Assembly (NCBI RefSeq): GCF_000283555.1
Contig: NC_016012.1
Span: 300,001 to 332,000, forward strand
Length of the DNA: 32,000 nt
Reading direction: 5' to 3'
Source of the DNA: Candidatus Arthromitus sp. SFB-rat-Yit
Lineage (GTDB): Bacteria; Bacillota; Clostridia; Clostridiales; Clostridiaceae
In this document: positions 20,265 through 28,340 of the stretch, piece after piece
Numbering within the stretch: position 1 is the stretch's first letter
Layout of the letters: each line of letters opens with the position of its first letter
Notes under the pieces: model-generated
Seen by the model: the letters and a program-made list of their open reading frames with translations, nothing else
Database searches by the model: none
Told to the model about the DNA's origin: nothing
Translations under genes and position numbers: made by a program

Positions 20265-21341
20265 ATGACTTATGCTTTGATATTGGCAGGAGGAAAAGGA
20301 TTGCGATTATATCCGCTCTCAAGGGAAAATAGACCAAAACAGTTCTTAAATATAATAGGGAATAAAAGTTTATTATATAATACCCTTTCTAGAGTTTCTA
20401 AAATAATTAATAATGATAGAATATATATTATTACTAATAAGGATTTTAAAAAAAATATTATTTCGGAATCTTCAGATTTTATAGATGAATCTAATATAAT
20501 TATAGAACCTTACAATAGAGAAACTGCTGTATGCATTGCTTTAGCTGCAGTAAATTTGTTAAAAAAAGATAAAGATGCTAATATTTTAATATTTCCTTCA
20601 GACCACTATATAGAAGAATGTGAAAAATTTTATAAAGTTATGAATTATGCTATTGATGCATCTGATAAAAAAAGAGCTATTATTATGATAGGAATTAAAC
20701 CTAATATACCTAATACTGGATATGGATATATAAAAATTGGAGATAGAGTGACTTCTAAATATGATTTTAACATTCATGGAGTGGAAAATTTTATAGAAAA
20801 ACCGAATTTAGAAATAGCAAAAAAGTTTATATTATCAGGTAATTATTTATGGAATAGTGGTATTTTTTGTTTTAGAGCTGATATATATTTAGGAGAGCTT
20901 GAAAAATATTTGCCTAATATATATAGTTCGATGATGGAAATATATAAAACTGATACAAAAGAAAATCAGGATACTGTTATAGATAATATTTATTCTGGAT
21001 TAGAAGGTATTTCTATAGATTTTGGTATTATGCAAAAAACTAGGAAGGCATATGTTATTGAAGGATTATTTGAGTGGTATGATATAGGAAGTTTTACATC
21101 TTTTAAGAAATTTTTATCTCAATATGATACTAATTTCACTGTAGGTAATATTTTATGTGAAGAAAGTAAAAATTGTATTATTTTTGGCAATGATAATTTA
21201 ACGATTACTTTTGGAGTTAAGGATCTAATCATTGTTAATACTGATGATGTTACTTTGATTTTAGATAAGAATAGAGAACAAGAAGTGAAATATATTTCAA
21301 ATATTTTAAGGAATGCAAGGAATTTTGATAAATTTATATAA
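20265..21341 (+). CDS. manC: Mannose-1-phosphate guanylyltransferase
   Basis: ALILAGGKGLRLYPLSRENRPKQFLNIIG, FPSDHYI, FIEKPNLEIAKKFILSGNYLWNSGIFCFRAD, WYDIGSFTSF. Confidence 0.9.
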   Translation: MTYALILAGGKGLRLYPLSRENRPKQFLNIIGNKSLLYNTLSRVSKIINNDRIYIITNKDFKKNIISESSDFIDESNIIIEPYNRETAVCIALAAVNLLKKDKDANILIFPSDHYIEECEKFYKVMNYAIDASDKKRAIIMIGIKPNIPNTGYGYIKIGDRVTSKYDFNIHGVENFIEKPNLEIAKKFILSGNYLWNSGIFCFRADIYLGELEKYLPNIYSSMMEIYKTDTKENQDTVIDNIYSGLEGISIDFGIMQKTRKAYVIEGLFEWYDIGSFTSFKKFLSQYDTNFTVGNILCEESKNCIIFGNDNLTITFGVKDLIIVNTDDVTLILDKNREQEVKYISNILRNARNFDKFI

Positions 21342-21360
21342 TAATATTTATAAGAGGTAA

Positions 21361-22023
21361 ATGAATTTGAAAAAAGAAAGGGTAGTGTTAAAAACAGCAT
21401 TTAAAGATGATAAAGAAAAAACGACAATAGATATTGGAAAATTAAAGAGTTTAGCTGTAAATGAAGTAAAGATTAATTCTAGATATTTTGCATGTGTAAA
21501 TGTTAATACTGATAACTTATATAGAGGTTTAATTTTAAATAATCCTATAATTGATGTTATTATCAATGACAGTTATATTCAAATAAGTGGACTTGTAGTA
21601 GGTAAAACTTATGAAAATATGATTCTAACATTAGAATATATAAATGGTAATAAAATGTATTTATTAGAAACTTTTACTTTAAGTAGTTCTGATAAATTAT
21701 CTGAATATATATGTAAAAATTATAAATTAGCATTTAAAAAAGATATTGATGAGGAGGAATTTAATGATTGGTATTTTAAGATACAAAAGGATAACGGTGA
21801 AATAAAGGGGTTTATATCTAAAATATTAGATAATACTACTGCTTTAAATTTAGATGAATTTATAAATTTGATATATGGGTTAATTTTTGGCAAGGATATA
21901 GATAGTGAATCATTTAATAATTATTGGAAAGATTTCTATGAACGTGAGATTAGAGATGGTAAATCTGAAAGAAGTATTAAATTAAGCATCATGGATAAAA
22001 TTTTTTATTCCAAACTCATGTAA
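21361..22023 (+). CDS. Hypothetical protein, possible beta-sandwich (Fn3-like) plus DUF4214-like helical region
   Basis: Start codon probably non-ATG (TTG-type, RBS taagaggtaa). Segment IQISGLVVGKTYENMILTLEYINGNKMYLLETFTL resembles Fn3 strand F/G pattern; FINLIYGLIFGKDIDSESFNNYWKDFYE resembles DUF4214. Confidence 0.5.
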   Translation: MNLKKERVVLKTAFKDDKEKTTIDIGKLKSLAVNEVKINSRYFACVNVNTDNLYRGLILNNPIIDVIINDSYIQISGLVVGKTYENMILTLEYINGNKMYLLETFTLSSSDKLSEYICKNYKLAFKKDIDEEEFNDWYFKIQKDNGEIKGFISKILDNTTALNLDEFINLIYGLIFGKDIDSESFNNYWKDFYEREIRDGKSERSIKLSIMDKIFYSKLM

Positions 22024-22061
22024 AAATATATTTGCTATATAAAACTTATTGGAGGAAAGAA

Positions 22062-22729
22062 ATGGATAACGTAATAAACCCATCAATTTTATCAGCAAAT
22101 TTTATTAATTTAGAAAAAGATTTATATCAATTAAAAGAAAGTGGAATAAATAAGATACATGTTGATATTATGGATGGTCATTTTGTACCTAATATAGCTT
22201 TTGGTATTGATCAAATAAAACAATTAAAAGAATTTACAGATTTTTATTTAGATTGTCATATTATGGCTAGTAATCCTGAAGTTATAGTAGAAAAATTAAT
22301 AGATATTTCTGTTGGATGTATAACGCTACATGAAGAATCAAGTAATCATGTTTATAAATTTATACAGGAAATAAAAAAAATAATATTGATTGTGGTGTAG
22401 CTTTAAATCCAGGCACATCTATTTATAATATTATAGATTTATTAGATATAGTTGATAAAATATTGATAATGACAGTTAATCCTGGATTTGGAGGACAAAA
22501 ATTTATAGAACATATGATTAGAAAGATAACATTATTAAATGATATGATAAATGAATATAATATTAAAGATAAAATTATACAAGTAGATGGTGGAATTAAA
22601 GCCTCTAATATCGATATAATATACGATTTAGGAGTTAGGGATATAGTTGTAGGTTCAGATATTTTTAATGATAAACCAATTTATGATAATCTAAATAGAT
22701 TAAAAAATAAGATAAGTCGACTTATTTAG
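22062..22729 (+). pseudogene. rpe: Ribulose-phosphate 3-epimerase, interrupted by a 1-nt frameshift in a poly-A run (or a recoded gene)
   Basis: ORF 22032..22400 encodes NPSILSANF...HVDIMDGHFVPNIAFG...; ORF 22463..22729 and in-frame upstream sequence encode NNIDCGVALNPGTSIYNII...MTVNPGFGGQKFI...VDGGI. The two frames join at the 8-A run 22373-22380. ATG at 22062 has RBS GGAGG. Confidence 0.85.
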
Positions 22730-22748
22730 GTTGACTTATCTTATTTTT
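22703..22748 (+). terminator. Terminator after rpe
   Basis: 16-bp inverted repeat AAAAATAAGATAAGTC (22703-22718) / GACTTATCTTATTTTT (22733-22748). Confidence 0.75.
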
Positions 22749-22805
22749 GTATATAAAGTTTTAAAAATGAAATAATCTATATTAAAATAGGAGGTAAGTA
22801 TATTT

Positions 22806-23357
22806 TTGACTAAATATTTTTTTGTTATAGTAATGGTTTTTTTAATTAATAAGTTATTAGTTTTTATTAGATCATATCTTGAAAATAGATTTAAAAATAA
22901 CTTAAAAACAAGATCTATAATTAGTAGGAGGGATTTAATAAATTATGGGGTAGATTATTACTTATTGTTATGTAAATATATAGTATCCAAAATGAAAAAC
23001 GTAGATGATATCATTATTGAAGATATTACCGGTAGGGAAGTTGTAGATATAAAGTTTAATCAAAATGGCAAAAAAGTATACTGCTCGTGCATATTGAAAG
23101 ATGTATTAGAAAATGGAGATATTAATTTAGCTACATATGATGAAGTATTGGAATTAATAAATTATATGATTAGGGATAATGTAAATAAAGGTATAATATT
23201 TGTTAATTCTAATCTTATGGACGATGCAATTAGATTTGTAAATAATATAAATTTAAATTCTAATAAGTATATAATAGATATAATAAATGGATATGATATA
23301 ATTAAATTTGCACGCAAACGAAATGAAGAATATACTGAGGGGAGCGTATATGCTTAA
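22806..23357 (+). CDS. Membrane-anchored protein with possible Mrr-like/restriction-endonuclease-like fold
   Basis: N-terminal TM (FFVIVMVFLINKLLVF) then VVDIKFNQNGKKVYCSC...KGIIFVNSNLMDDAIRFVNNINLNSNKYIIDIINGYDIIKF, resembling the C-terminal part of Mrr-type nuclease domains. Confidence 0.5.
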   Translation: MTKYFFVIVMVFLINKLLVFIRSYLENRFKNNLKTRSIISRRDLINYGVDYYLLLCKYIVSKMKNVDDIIIEDITGREVVDIKFNQNGKKVYCSCILKDVLENGDINLATYDEVLELINYMIRDNVNKGIIFVNSNLMDDAIRFVNNINLNSNKYIIDIINGYDIIKFARKRNEEYTEGSVYA

Positions 23358-23835
23358 TTTTTATGGAGTTTTAATATTTATATGTGTATTAATTATGTTA
23401 CCAATTTTACTTAATATATTTGATAACTTACTTAATATATTTAAAATATTAAATAATAAAGTATTTATATTAAATAAGGTTTTAGAATTTAATGATTTAG
23501 AGTTCTCCGACTTTGCGTTGGATTTTTTAACTCGAGCATATAATTATAAATTTGAAATTAAAAATAATGATATATATTTATATGATGATATTTGTAAATG
23601 GTTGTTGTATTATGATAATAGAAATTCAAATATATTAAATTTACATGATATTAGAAATATAATTGCTATTTTTGAGAGTAAAGGATGTAAAAATATATTT
23701 ATTTTTACGACAAGCATTATAAGCGATAGTATTAGAAGTTATTTAGATAGTATGAATGATTATAAGTTTAAGATTATTCATGGAGAAGATTTTAAATTAG
23801 ATTATAATCAGTTAGTTAGTAAATTTTATTGTTAG
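23350..23835 (+). CDS. Membrane-anchored protein, apparent diverged paralogue of the upstream gene
   Basis: ATG 23350 overlaps the upstream stop; the track start at 23308 is probably too long. TM FYGVLIFICVLIMLPILLNIF; KNIFIFTTSIISDSIRSYLDSMNDYKFKIIHGEDFKL aligns by eye with the upstream protein. Confidence 0.5.
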   Translation: MLNFYGVLIFICVLIMLPILLNIFDNLLNIFKILNNKVFILNKVLEFNDLEFSDFALDFLTRAYNYKFEIKNNDIYLYDDICKWLLYYDNRNSNILNLHDIRNIIAIFESKGCKNIFIFTTSIISDSIRSYLDSMNDYKFKIIHGEDFKLDYNQLVSKFYC

Positions 23836-23938
23836 AATATTTGTACTTATTTTATTTTTAAATAGTGTAAAATTAGTTGGTCGTATTTATGATGAATAAA
23901 TTTAGAAATTGATATTTACTATTAGAGGAGGTTATATA

Positions 23939-24565
23939 ATGATTTCTAGCAAAATATCTAAGGTAGTAATAAAAAGATTACCTAAGTATTTGAGAGTTTT
24001 AGAGGGTTTTTTGATAAGGGAGATTGAGAGGGTATCATCTAAAGAACTTGCAATTAAATTGGGTTCTACAGCATCTCAAGTTAGGCAAGATTTTAATTGT
24101 TTTGGAGATTTTGGACAACATGGATATGGATATAAAGTAAAGGAATTATATTTAAAAATTAAGGAAATATTGGGTTTAAATAAAAAGTATAGTTGTATTG
24201 TCGTAGGTGCTGGTAATATAGGACAAGCTATTATGAATTATTCTAAATTTTTTACTATGGGTTTTAATATAGAAGCTATATTTGATATAAATCCTAAGAT
24301 TATTGGATTATCTTTTAGAGAAGTTGAGGTATTGGATGTAGAATTATTGATTGACTATGTAAAAAATAATAAAATTGATCTAGCTATATTATGTATACCT
24401 GAGCTTCAAGTAGAATCTATATATACAATATTAAAAGATAGAGTGACTGGGATTTGGAATTTTGCAACGGTTGATTTACTATCTACTGAAAAAACATTTG
24501 TTGAAAATGTAAATTTAAATGATAGTTTATTTACGTTGACATACTTTATAAATAATGGAGTTTAA
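23939..24565 (+). CDS. rex: Redox-sensing transcriptional repressor Rex
   Basis: ISKVVIKRLPKYLRVLEGFL...GSTASQVRQDFNCFGDFGQHGYGYKV, Rossmann motif VVGAGNIGQAI. Start set at ATG 23939 with RBS GAGGAGG. Confidence 0.97.
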   Translation: MISSKISKVVIKRLPKYLRVLEGFLIREIERVSSKELAIKLGSTASQVRQDFNCFGDFGQHGYGYKVKELYLKIKEILGLNKKYSCIVVGAGNIGQAIMNYSKFFTMGFNIEAIFDINPKIIGLSFREVEVLDVELLIDYVKNNKIDLAILCIPELQVESIYTILKDRVTGIWNFATVDLLSTEKTFVENVNLNDSLFTLTYFINNGV

Positions 24566-24574
24566 ATATAAATA

Positions 24575-25450
24575 ATGGAGTTTAAAAATTATAGTTGTAT
24601 AGATAATAGAGTAATTGTAGAGAAAATAGAAAACTTTGTATTAAAACATATATTTGAAAATGGTCAGTGTTTCAGATGGGAACGTACTGATACAGGTACA
24701 TATATTGTTGTTGCAAAAGAAAGAGTTATAGAATTAGAAATGGATAATTTTAATTTAATTATACATAATTCAAATTTAGAAGATTTTGAAAATATTTGGA
24801 TAGATTATTTTGATTTTGAAAGAAATTATTCGAAGTTAAAGAAAAATTTAAAGCAGGATAAATACTTATATGAAGCTATTAATTTTGGATATGGTCTTAG
24901 AATATTGAATCAAGATCCATTTGAAATGATTTTATCTTTTATAATTTCATCTAATAATAGGATACCTATGATAAAAAAGGCTATATCAAATATTAGTGAA
25001 AGATATGGTGATTCTATTTCATATAAAGGTAAAATATATTATAAATTTCCAAGTTTAGATAAATTGTCTACTGTGACTCAAGAGGAATTAAGAGAATGTG
25101 GTGTTGGATTTAGAGATAAATACTTGTATAATACTATCAAATTACTCAGTGAAGAGAATGATATTGAATATATTATGAATTTAGGTGATGATTTATGTCA
25201 TAAAGAATTACAAAAATTTAATGGTGTTGGAGTCAAAGTAGCTGATTGTATAATGTTGTTTTCTATGAAAAAATATTCAGCATTTCCAGTTGATGTTTGG
25301 GTAAAAAGGGCTATGATGAAATTTTATGTAGCACCAGATACTTCATTAAAGGGTATACGTGATTTTGGAAGAAATTTATTTAAAGATTTAAGTGGGCTTG
25401 CCCAGCAATATTTATTTTATTATGTAAGAGAAAATAATATAAAAATTTAA
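24575..25450 (+). CDS. OGG1-type 8-oxoguanine DNA glycosylase / DNA lyase
   Basis: FENGQCFRWERT; HhH-GPD KFNGVGVKVADCIMLFSMKKYSAFPVDVWVKRAM with catalytic Lys and Asp. Confidence 0.9.
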   Translation: MEFKNYSCIDNRVIVEKIENFVLKHIFENGQCFRWERTDTGTYIVVAKERVIELEMDNFNLIIHNSNLEDFENIWIDYFDFERNYSKLKKNLKQDKYLYEAINFGYGLRILNQDPFEMILSFIISSNNRIPMIKKAISNISERYGDSISYKGKIYYKFPSLDKLSTVTQEELRECGVGFRDKYLYNTIKLLSEENDIEYIMNLGDDLCHKELQKFNGVGVKVADCIMLFSMKKYSAFPVDVWVKRAMMKFYVAPDTSLKGIRDFGRNLFKDLSGLAQQYLFYYVRENNIKI

Positions 25451-25534
25451 ATAATATTGCTTGTTTTAAAACTTTTTTAGATAATAAAACTGTCATTATT
25501 TATGTAAGATGATTAAATTGAGAGGTATATAAAA

Positions 25535-26914
25535 ATGAGTAAAAGTAAAATATTATCTTTAGGGTTGGCTAGTTCCTTATTTATGTTTGGTATGAATTTA
25601 AATGCTAATGCTGTTGGTAATAGTGGAATTGTATTTGAATTAAAGGATAATAAATTGGATGAAATTGAAGGATATAGTAAAATAGATATATTAGGAAGTG
25701 AATATGATTTAGTTGATGTAAATAGTGCAGTTATACAAGCTATTGCTAAGATGTTTGATATAATAAATGAGAATAGTATACCTAGTGATAAAATTGATGA
25801 ATATAAGAAAGAAATTAAGTATTTATTAGATGATTATAATAAGGATCCTAAAAAATATGAAACGTTTCCAATGACGTTAGAAATTGGTCCTGCTACTTTT
25901 TTGAGAGATGAAATAATTATTGTACAAAATAAAATTAAAGATTTAAGAATAGAACAAGATAATATAAAGATAAGTGATAATGATCAAAGTTATATAGATC
26001 AAAAAATTAATGAATTGCAAAGAATTATAGATAGTTTATCTAATTGGATAAATTATTCTGTAGTTAATTTTAAATCATCAGAATATAAGCAGACGTTTAC
26101 TGAGGATTTATTTAAAACAAATGAAACTGATGTTCGACAGTTAATTAGTATAATTTGTACTGATAGAGAATATAAAGATGTTTATTCTATTAGGGTAAAT
26201 TCTGATGGTAGTTTTAGTGTAGATGGAAAAGAAATTTCAGATTTGAGTGATATTATTAAAAATGGACTGGAATATGAAAATTTGAAGATAAGAAATCTTA
26301 ATAAAGAAATAGAGATGGTTAAATCATCTAAAATATCTACCATTGATCAAGATAATATAATAAATGAATTAAATAAACAAATTGAAAATGTTAAAGCGTA
26401 TTCTTTAGGGCAAGAGATTATATTATTAAATCTAGAGATAGATTCAATTAAGAGTTCGAAATTAAGTATAGAAGCTATTAATGCGAGAGTAGAAGAATTA
26501 ATTAGTAATATTAAGGTAAAATTAGAAAGTTTGAAAAATCATAATATCAATCCTGAATATGTGATTAAAGATTTTGAGATTGGAAAAGCACCTGTGTATT
26601 TTGGTTATGTTTTAGAAGGTGAAAATGGTTTCTCTATAAAATTAAGTTTAGATTCTAATTCTAAAATATTTGTTGAAAATGTAATTGGTGATGGATATGA
26701 ATTTACAGATGATCAAAGAAATATGTTAAGAAATATATTAATTCAAAAAATCGATGATAGTACAAAAAAAATTAGTGAATTTAAAAATAAGAAATTAGAA
26801 ATTTTAGAAGGTTTAAATGAGAATAAGTATTATTTGGTTAATTCTATAGAAAAGGATATTGCTGTATTAGAAAATGATATTTCAAATTATAAAATAATGA
26901 TTGCTCAAATTTAA
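25535..26914 (+). CDS. Secreted coiled-coil-rich hypothetical protein
   Basis: Sec signal peptide MSKSKILSLGLASSLFMFGMNLNANAVG; several long heptad-like segments; no recognised catalytic motif. Confidence 0.7.
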   Translation: MSKSKILSLGLASSLFMFGMNLNANAVGNSGIVFELKDNKLDEIEGYSKIDILGSEYDLVDVNSAVIQAIAKMFDIINENSIPSDKIDEYKKEIKYLLDDYNKDPKKYETFPMTLEIGPATFLRDEIIIVQNKIKDLRIEQDNIKISDNDQSYIDQKINELQRIIDSLSNWINYSVVNFKSSEYKQTFTEDLFKTNETDVRQLISIICTDREYKDVYSIRVNSDGSFSVDGKEISDLSDIIKNGLEYENLKIRNLNKEIEMVKSSKISTIDQDNIINELNKQIENVKAYSLGQEIILLNLEIDSIKSSKLSIEAINARVEELISNIKVKLESLKNHNINPEYVIKDFEIGKAPVYFGYVLEGENGFSIKLSLDSNSKIFVENVIGDGYEFTDDQRNMLRNILIQKIDDSTKKISEFKNKKLEILEGLNENKYYLVNSIEKDIAVLENDISNYKIMIAQI

Positions 26915-26946
26915 ATAAGACTCTTTTAGAGTCTTATTTTTTTACA
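26913..26946 (+). terminator. Rho-independent terminator
   Basis: AAATAAGACTC (26913-26923) / GAGTCTTATTT (26929-26939) followed by a T-run. Confidence 0.8.
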
Positions 26947-27006
26947 TAAAATTAAATTTATAAAGACAAAATACATATATAAATAATGTTTTTAAGAGGT
27001 ATTTTT

Positions 27007-27396
27007 ATGGAATTGAGTATAGATGTTTTGAATAGTAAGCTTAATTTCCTTTATATTCTTGTAGATGGTATAAGTAAACATATTAATGTTAATTTTGATT
27101 TCTTTACGTTTGTTATAAACAATAATTTGACGTGTACTGATATTGTATTGATTACGAAAGCTTTAACAATTATGAATTATAGAAGGGCTGGATTATTAGA
27201 TAAAAATATTAGAGAATTTAATGGAGATGATAGGCTTAGTGGAATTTTGGTAAATAAAGATCCTAGTTTTAGTGAATTTGATAAATTTTTGTTAAGTATA
27301 AATTTAAATGTAAATGCTAAGGAGCTTTTGAGTAGTTTAATTAATCAAAAAATTGGAAGTAATATATGTGAATTTTTACTAGAAGATGGAGAATAA
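27007..27396 (+). CDS. Small helical hypothetical protein
   Basis: ORF track start at 26986; ATG at 27007 (MELSIDVLNSKLNF) better spaced from the aagagg RBS; composition compatible with coding. Confidence 0.55.
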   Translation: MELSIDVLNSKLNFLYILVDGISKHINVNFDFFTFVINNNLTCTDIVLITKALTIMNYRRAGLLDKNIREFNGDDRLSGILVNKDPSFSEFDKFLLSINLNVNAKELLSSLINQKIGSNICEFLLEDGE

Positions 27397-27463
27397 AATT
27401 GATATAATACACTTGTCTAAATATTTTTTAGGCAAGTTTTTTGTGTTTTAAGGGGGATATAAA

Positions 27464-27844
27464 ATGGGAGTTTTTAGTACGTTAATGGGTAATGCTTCTA
27501 GTTCCGATCCAAATAAATTAAAAGATAAATTGTTAGATATATTATTTGAAGATGAGGAAGTAGTATTTGCATTTTCGTATGTAAGGGATATAATTTTATT
27601 TACTAGTTATAGAATAATGTTTACGGATAAACAGGGAGTTAGTGGAAAGAAAGAAAGTATTGAATCTATACCATATAGGAGTGTAGTAAGATTTTCTATT
27701 GAAACTAAGGGTGTATTTGATTTAGATTCTGAATTTAAAATTTGGATTAGTGGTAAAGATTCTCCAATAGAGAGTAAGCTTTCTGGAGATAAAAATATAT
27801 TAGAGCTCCAACGATTTTTAGGAGAAAAAGTTTGCAAAAAATAG
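27464..27844 (+). CDS. PH domain-containing protein (bacterial PH family)
   Basis: DEEVVFAFSYVRDIILFTSYRIMFTDKQGVSGKKESIESIPYRSVVRFSIETKGVFDLDSEFKIWISG matches the pattern of bacterial PH-domain proteins. Confidence 0.85.
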   Translation: MGVFSTLMGNASSSDPNKLKDKLLDILFEDEEVVFAFSYVRDIILFTSYRIMFTDKQGVSGKKESIESIPYRSVVRFSIETKGVFDLDSEFKIWISGKDSPIESKLSGDKNILELQRFLGEKVCKK

Positions 27845-27861
27845 TTTTTAAGGATAAAAAT

Positions 27862-28122
27862 ATGAGTTATTATAGTAAAGATGAAAAGTTTTATATGGAT
27901 TTTAAGGATGAAGATGGTAATAAATTAACTTTTGAAATTATTGCAGAGATATTTTTAGATGAGAAAAAGTATTTAATACTTGGAGATGATATTCAAGATA
28001 GTGAAGATTCTTATGTTGTGCGCGAAGATTTTTCTGATCAAGGTGTTGAGTATAATTTTATTGATAATGAGGAAGAATTTAATCGTGTAAAAAAAGAATA
28101 TAAGAAGATTATATATGGTTAA
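27862..28122 (+). CDS. DUF1292-like small acidic protein
   Basis: FYMDFKDEDGNKLTFEIIAEIFLDEKKYLILGDD...YNFIDNEEEFNRVKKEYKKI is typical of the DUF1292/YrzB type. Start placed at MSYYSKDEKF. Confidence 0.7.
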   Translation: MSYYSKDEKFYMDFKDEDGNKLTFEIIAEIFLDEKKYLILGDDIQDSEDSYVVREDFSDQGVEYNFIDNEEEFNRVKKEYKKIIYG

Positions 28123-28127
28123 TATTA

Positions 28128-28308
28128 ATTTTCTGCAGTAAACGCTAGGTTTTTATACTTAACCTACATTTCTTAATCGGGATTTCCAATATTAATATTG
28201 ATGTCAAGCTTCCAGAATTTTTAAGCGAAGTAGGCAGATAGATATGATGAGGATTGCCCACCTGTTTGGAACAGGTCTTAAGTTTATGAACCAACGTCTC
28301 TGCGGATA
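28128..28308 (+). ncRNA. Structured non-coding RNA candidate, family unassigned
   Basis: Closing stem UCUGCAG (28132-28138)/CUGCGGA (28300-28306) plus ACG/CGU; internal hairpins UAGGUU/AACCUA and ACCUGU/ACAGGU; loop UUGGA complementary to UCCAA at 28185-28189; followed by an intrinsic terminator; no ORF. Confidence 0.65.
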
Positions 28309-28309
28309 T

Positions 28310-28340
28310 AAAAAACACCTAATTTATTAGGTGTTTTTTT
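28310..28340. terminator. Intrinsic terminator of the ncRNA, probably bidirectional (also serves sdpI)
   Basis: AAAAAACACCTAAT / ATTAGGTGTTTTTTT; overlaps the stop codon of the minus-strand ORF ending at 28327. Confidence 0.85.

Noticed and set aside
21119-21566. Minus-strand ORFs (21119-21400, 21348-21566) spanning the manC / hypothetical junction
   Set aside because: Mutually overlapping, antisense to better-supported genes, low complexity, no RBS support.
22806-23835. Active restriction or defence system
   Set aside because: The nuclease-like domains lack a clear D-(D/E)xK/QxK set and no methyltransferase, helicase or NLR-type partner is nearby, so calling it a defence system is not supported.
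27607-27837. Minus-strand 76-aa ORF inside the PH-domain gene
   Set aside because: Antisense shadow of a conserved domain.
28128-28308. Riboswitch upstream of a regulated gene
   Set aside because: The downstream gene is convergent on the other strand and a terminator closes the RNA, so cis-regulation of a downstream + strand gene is unlikely.
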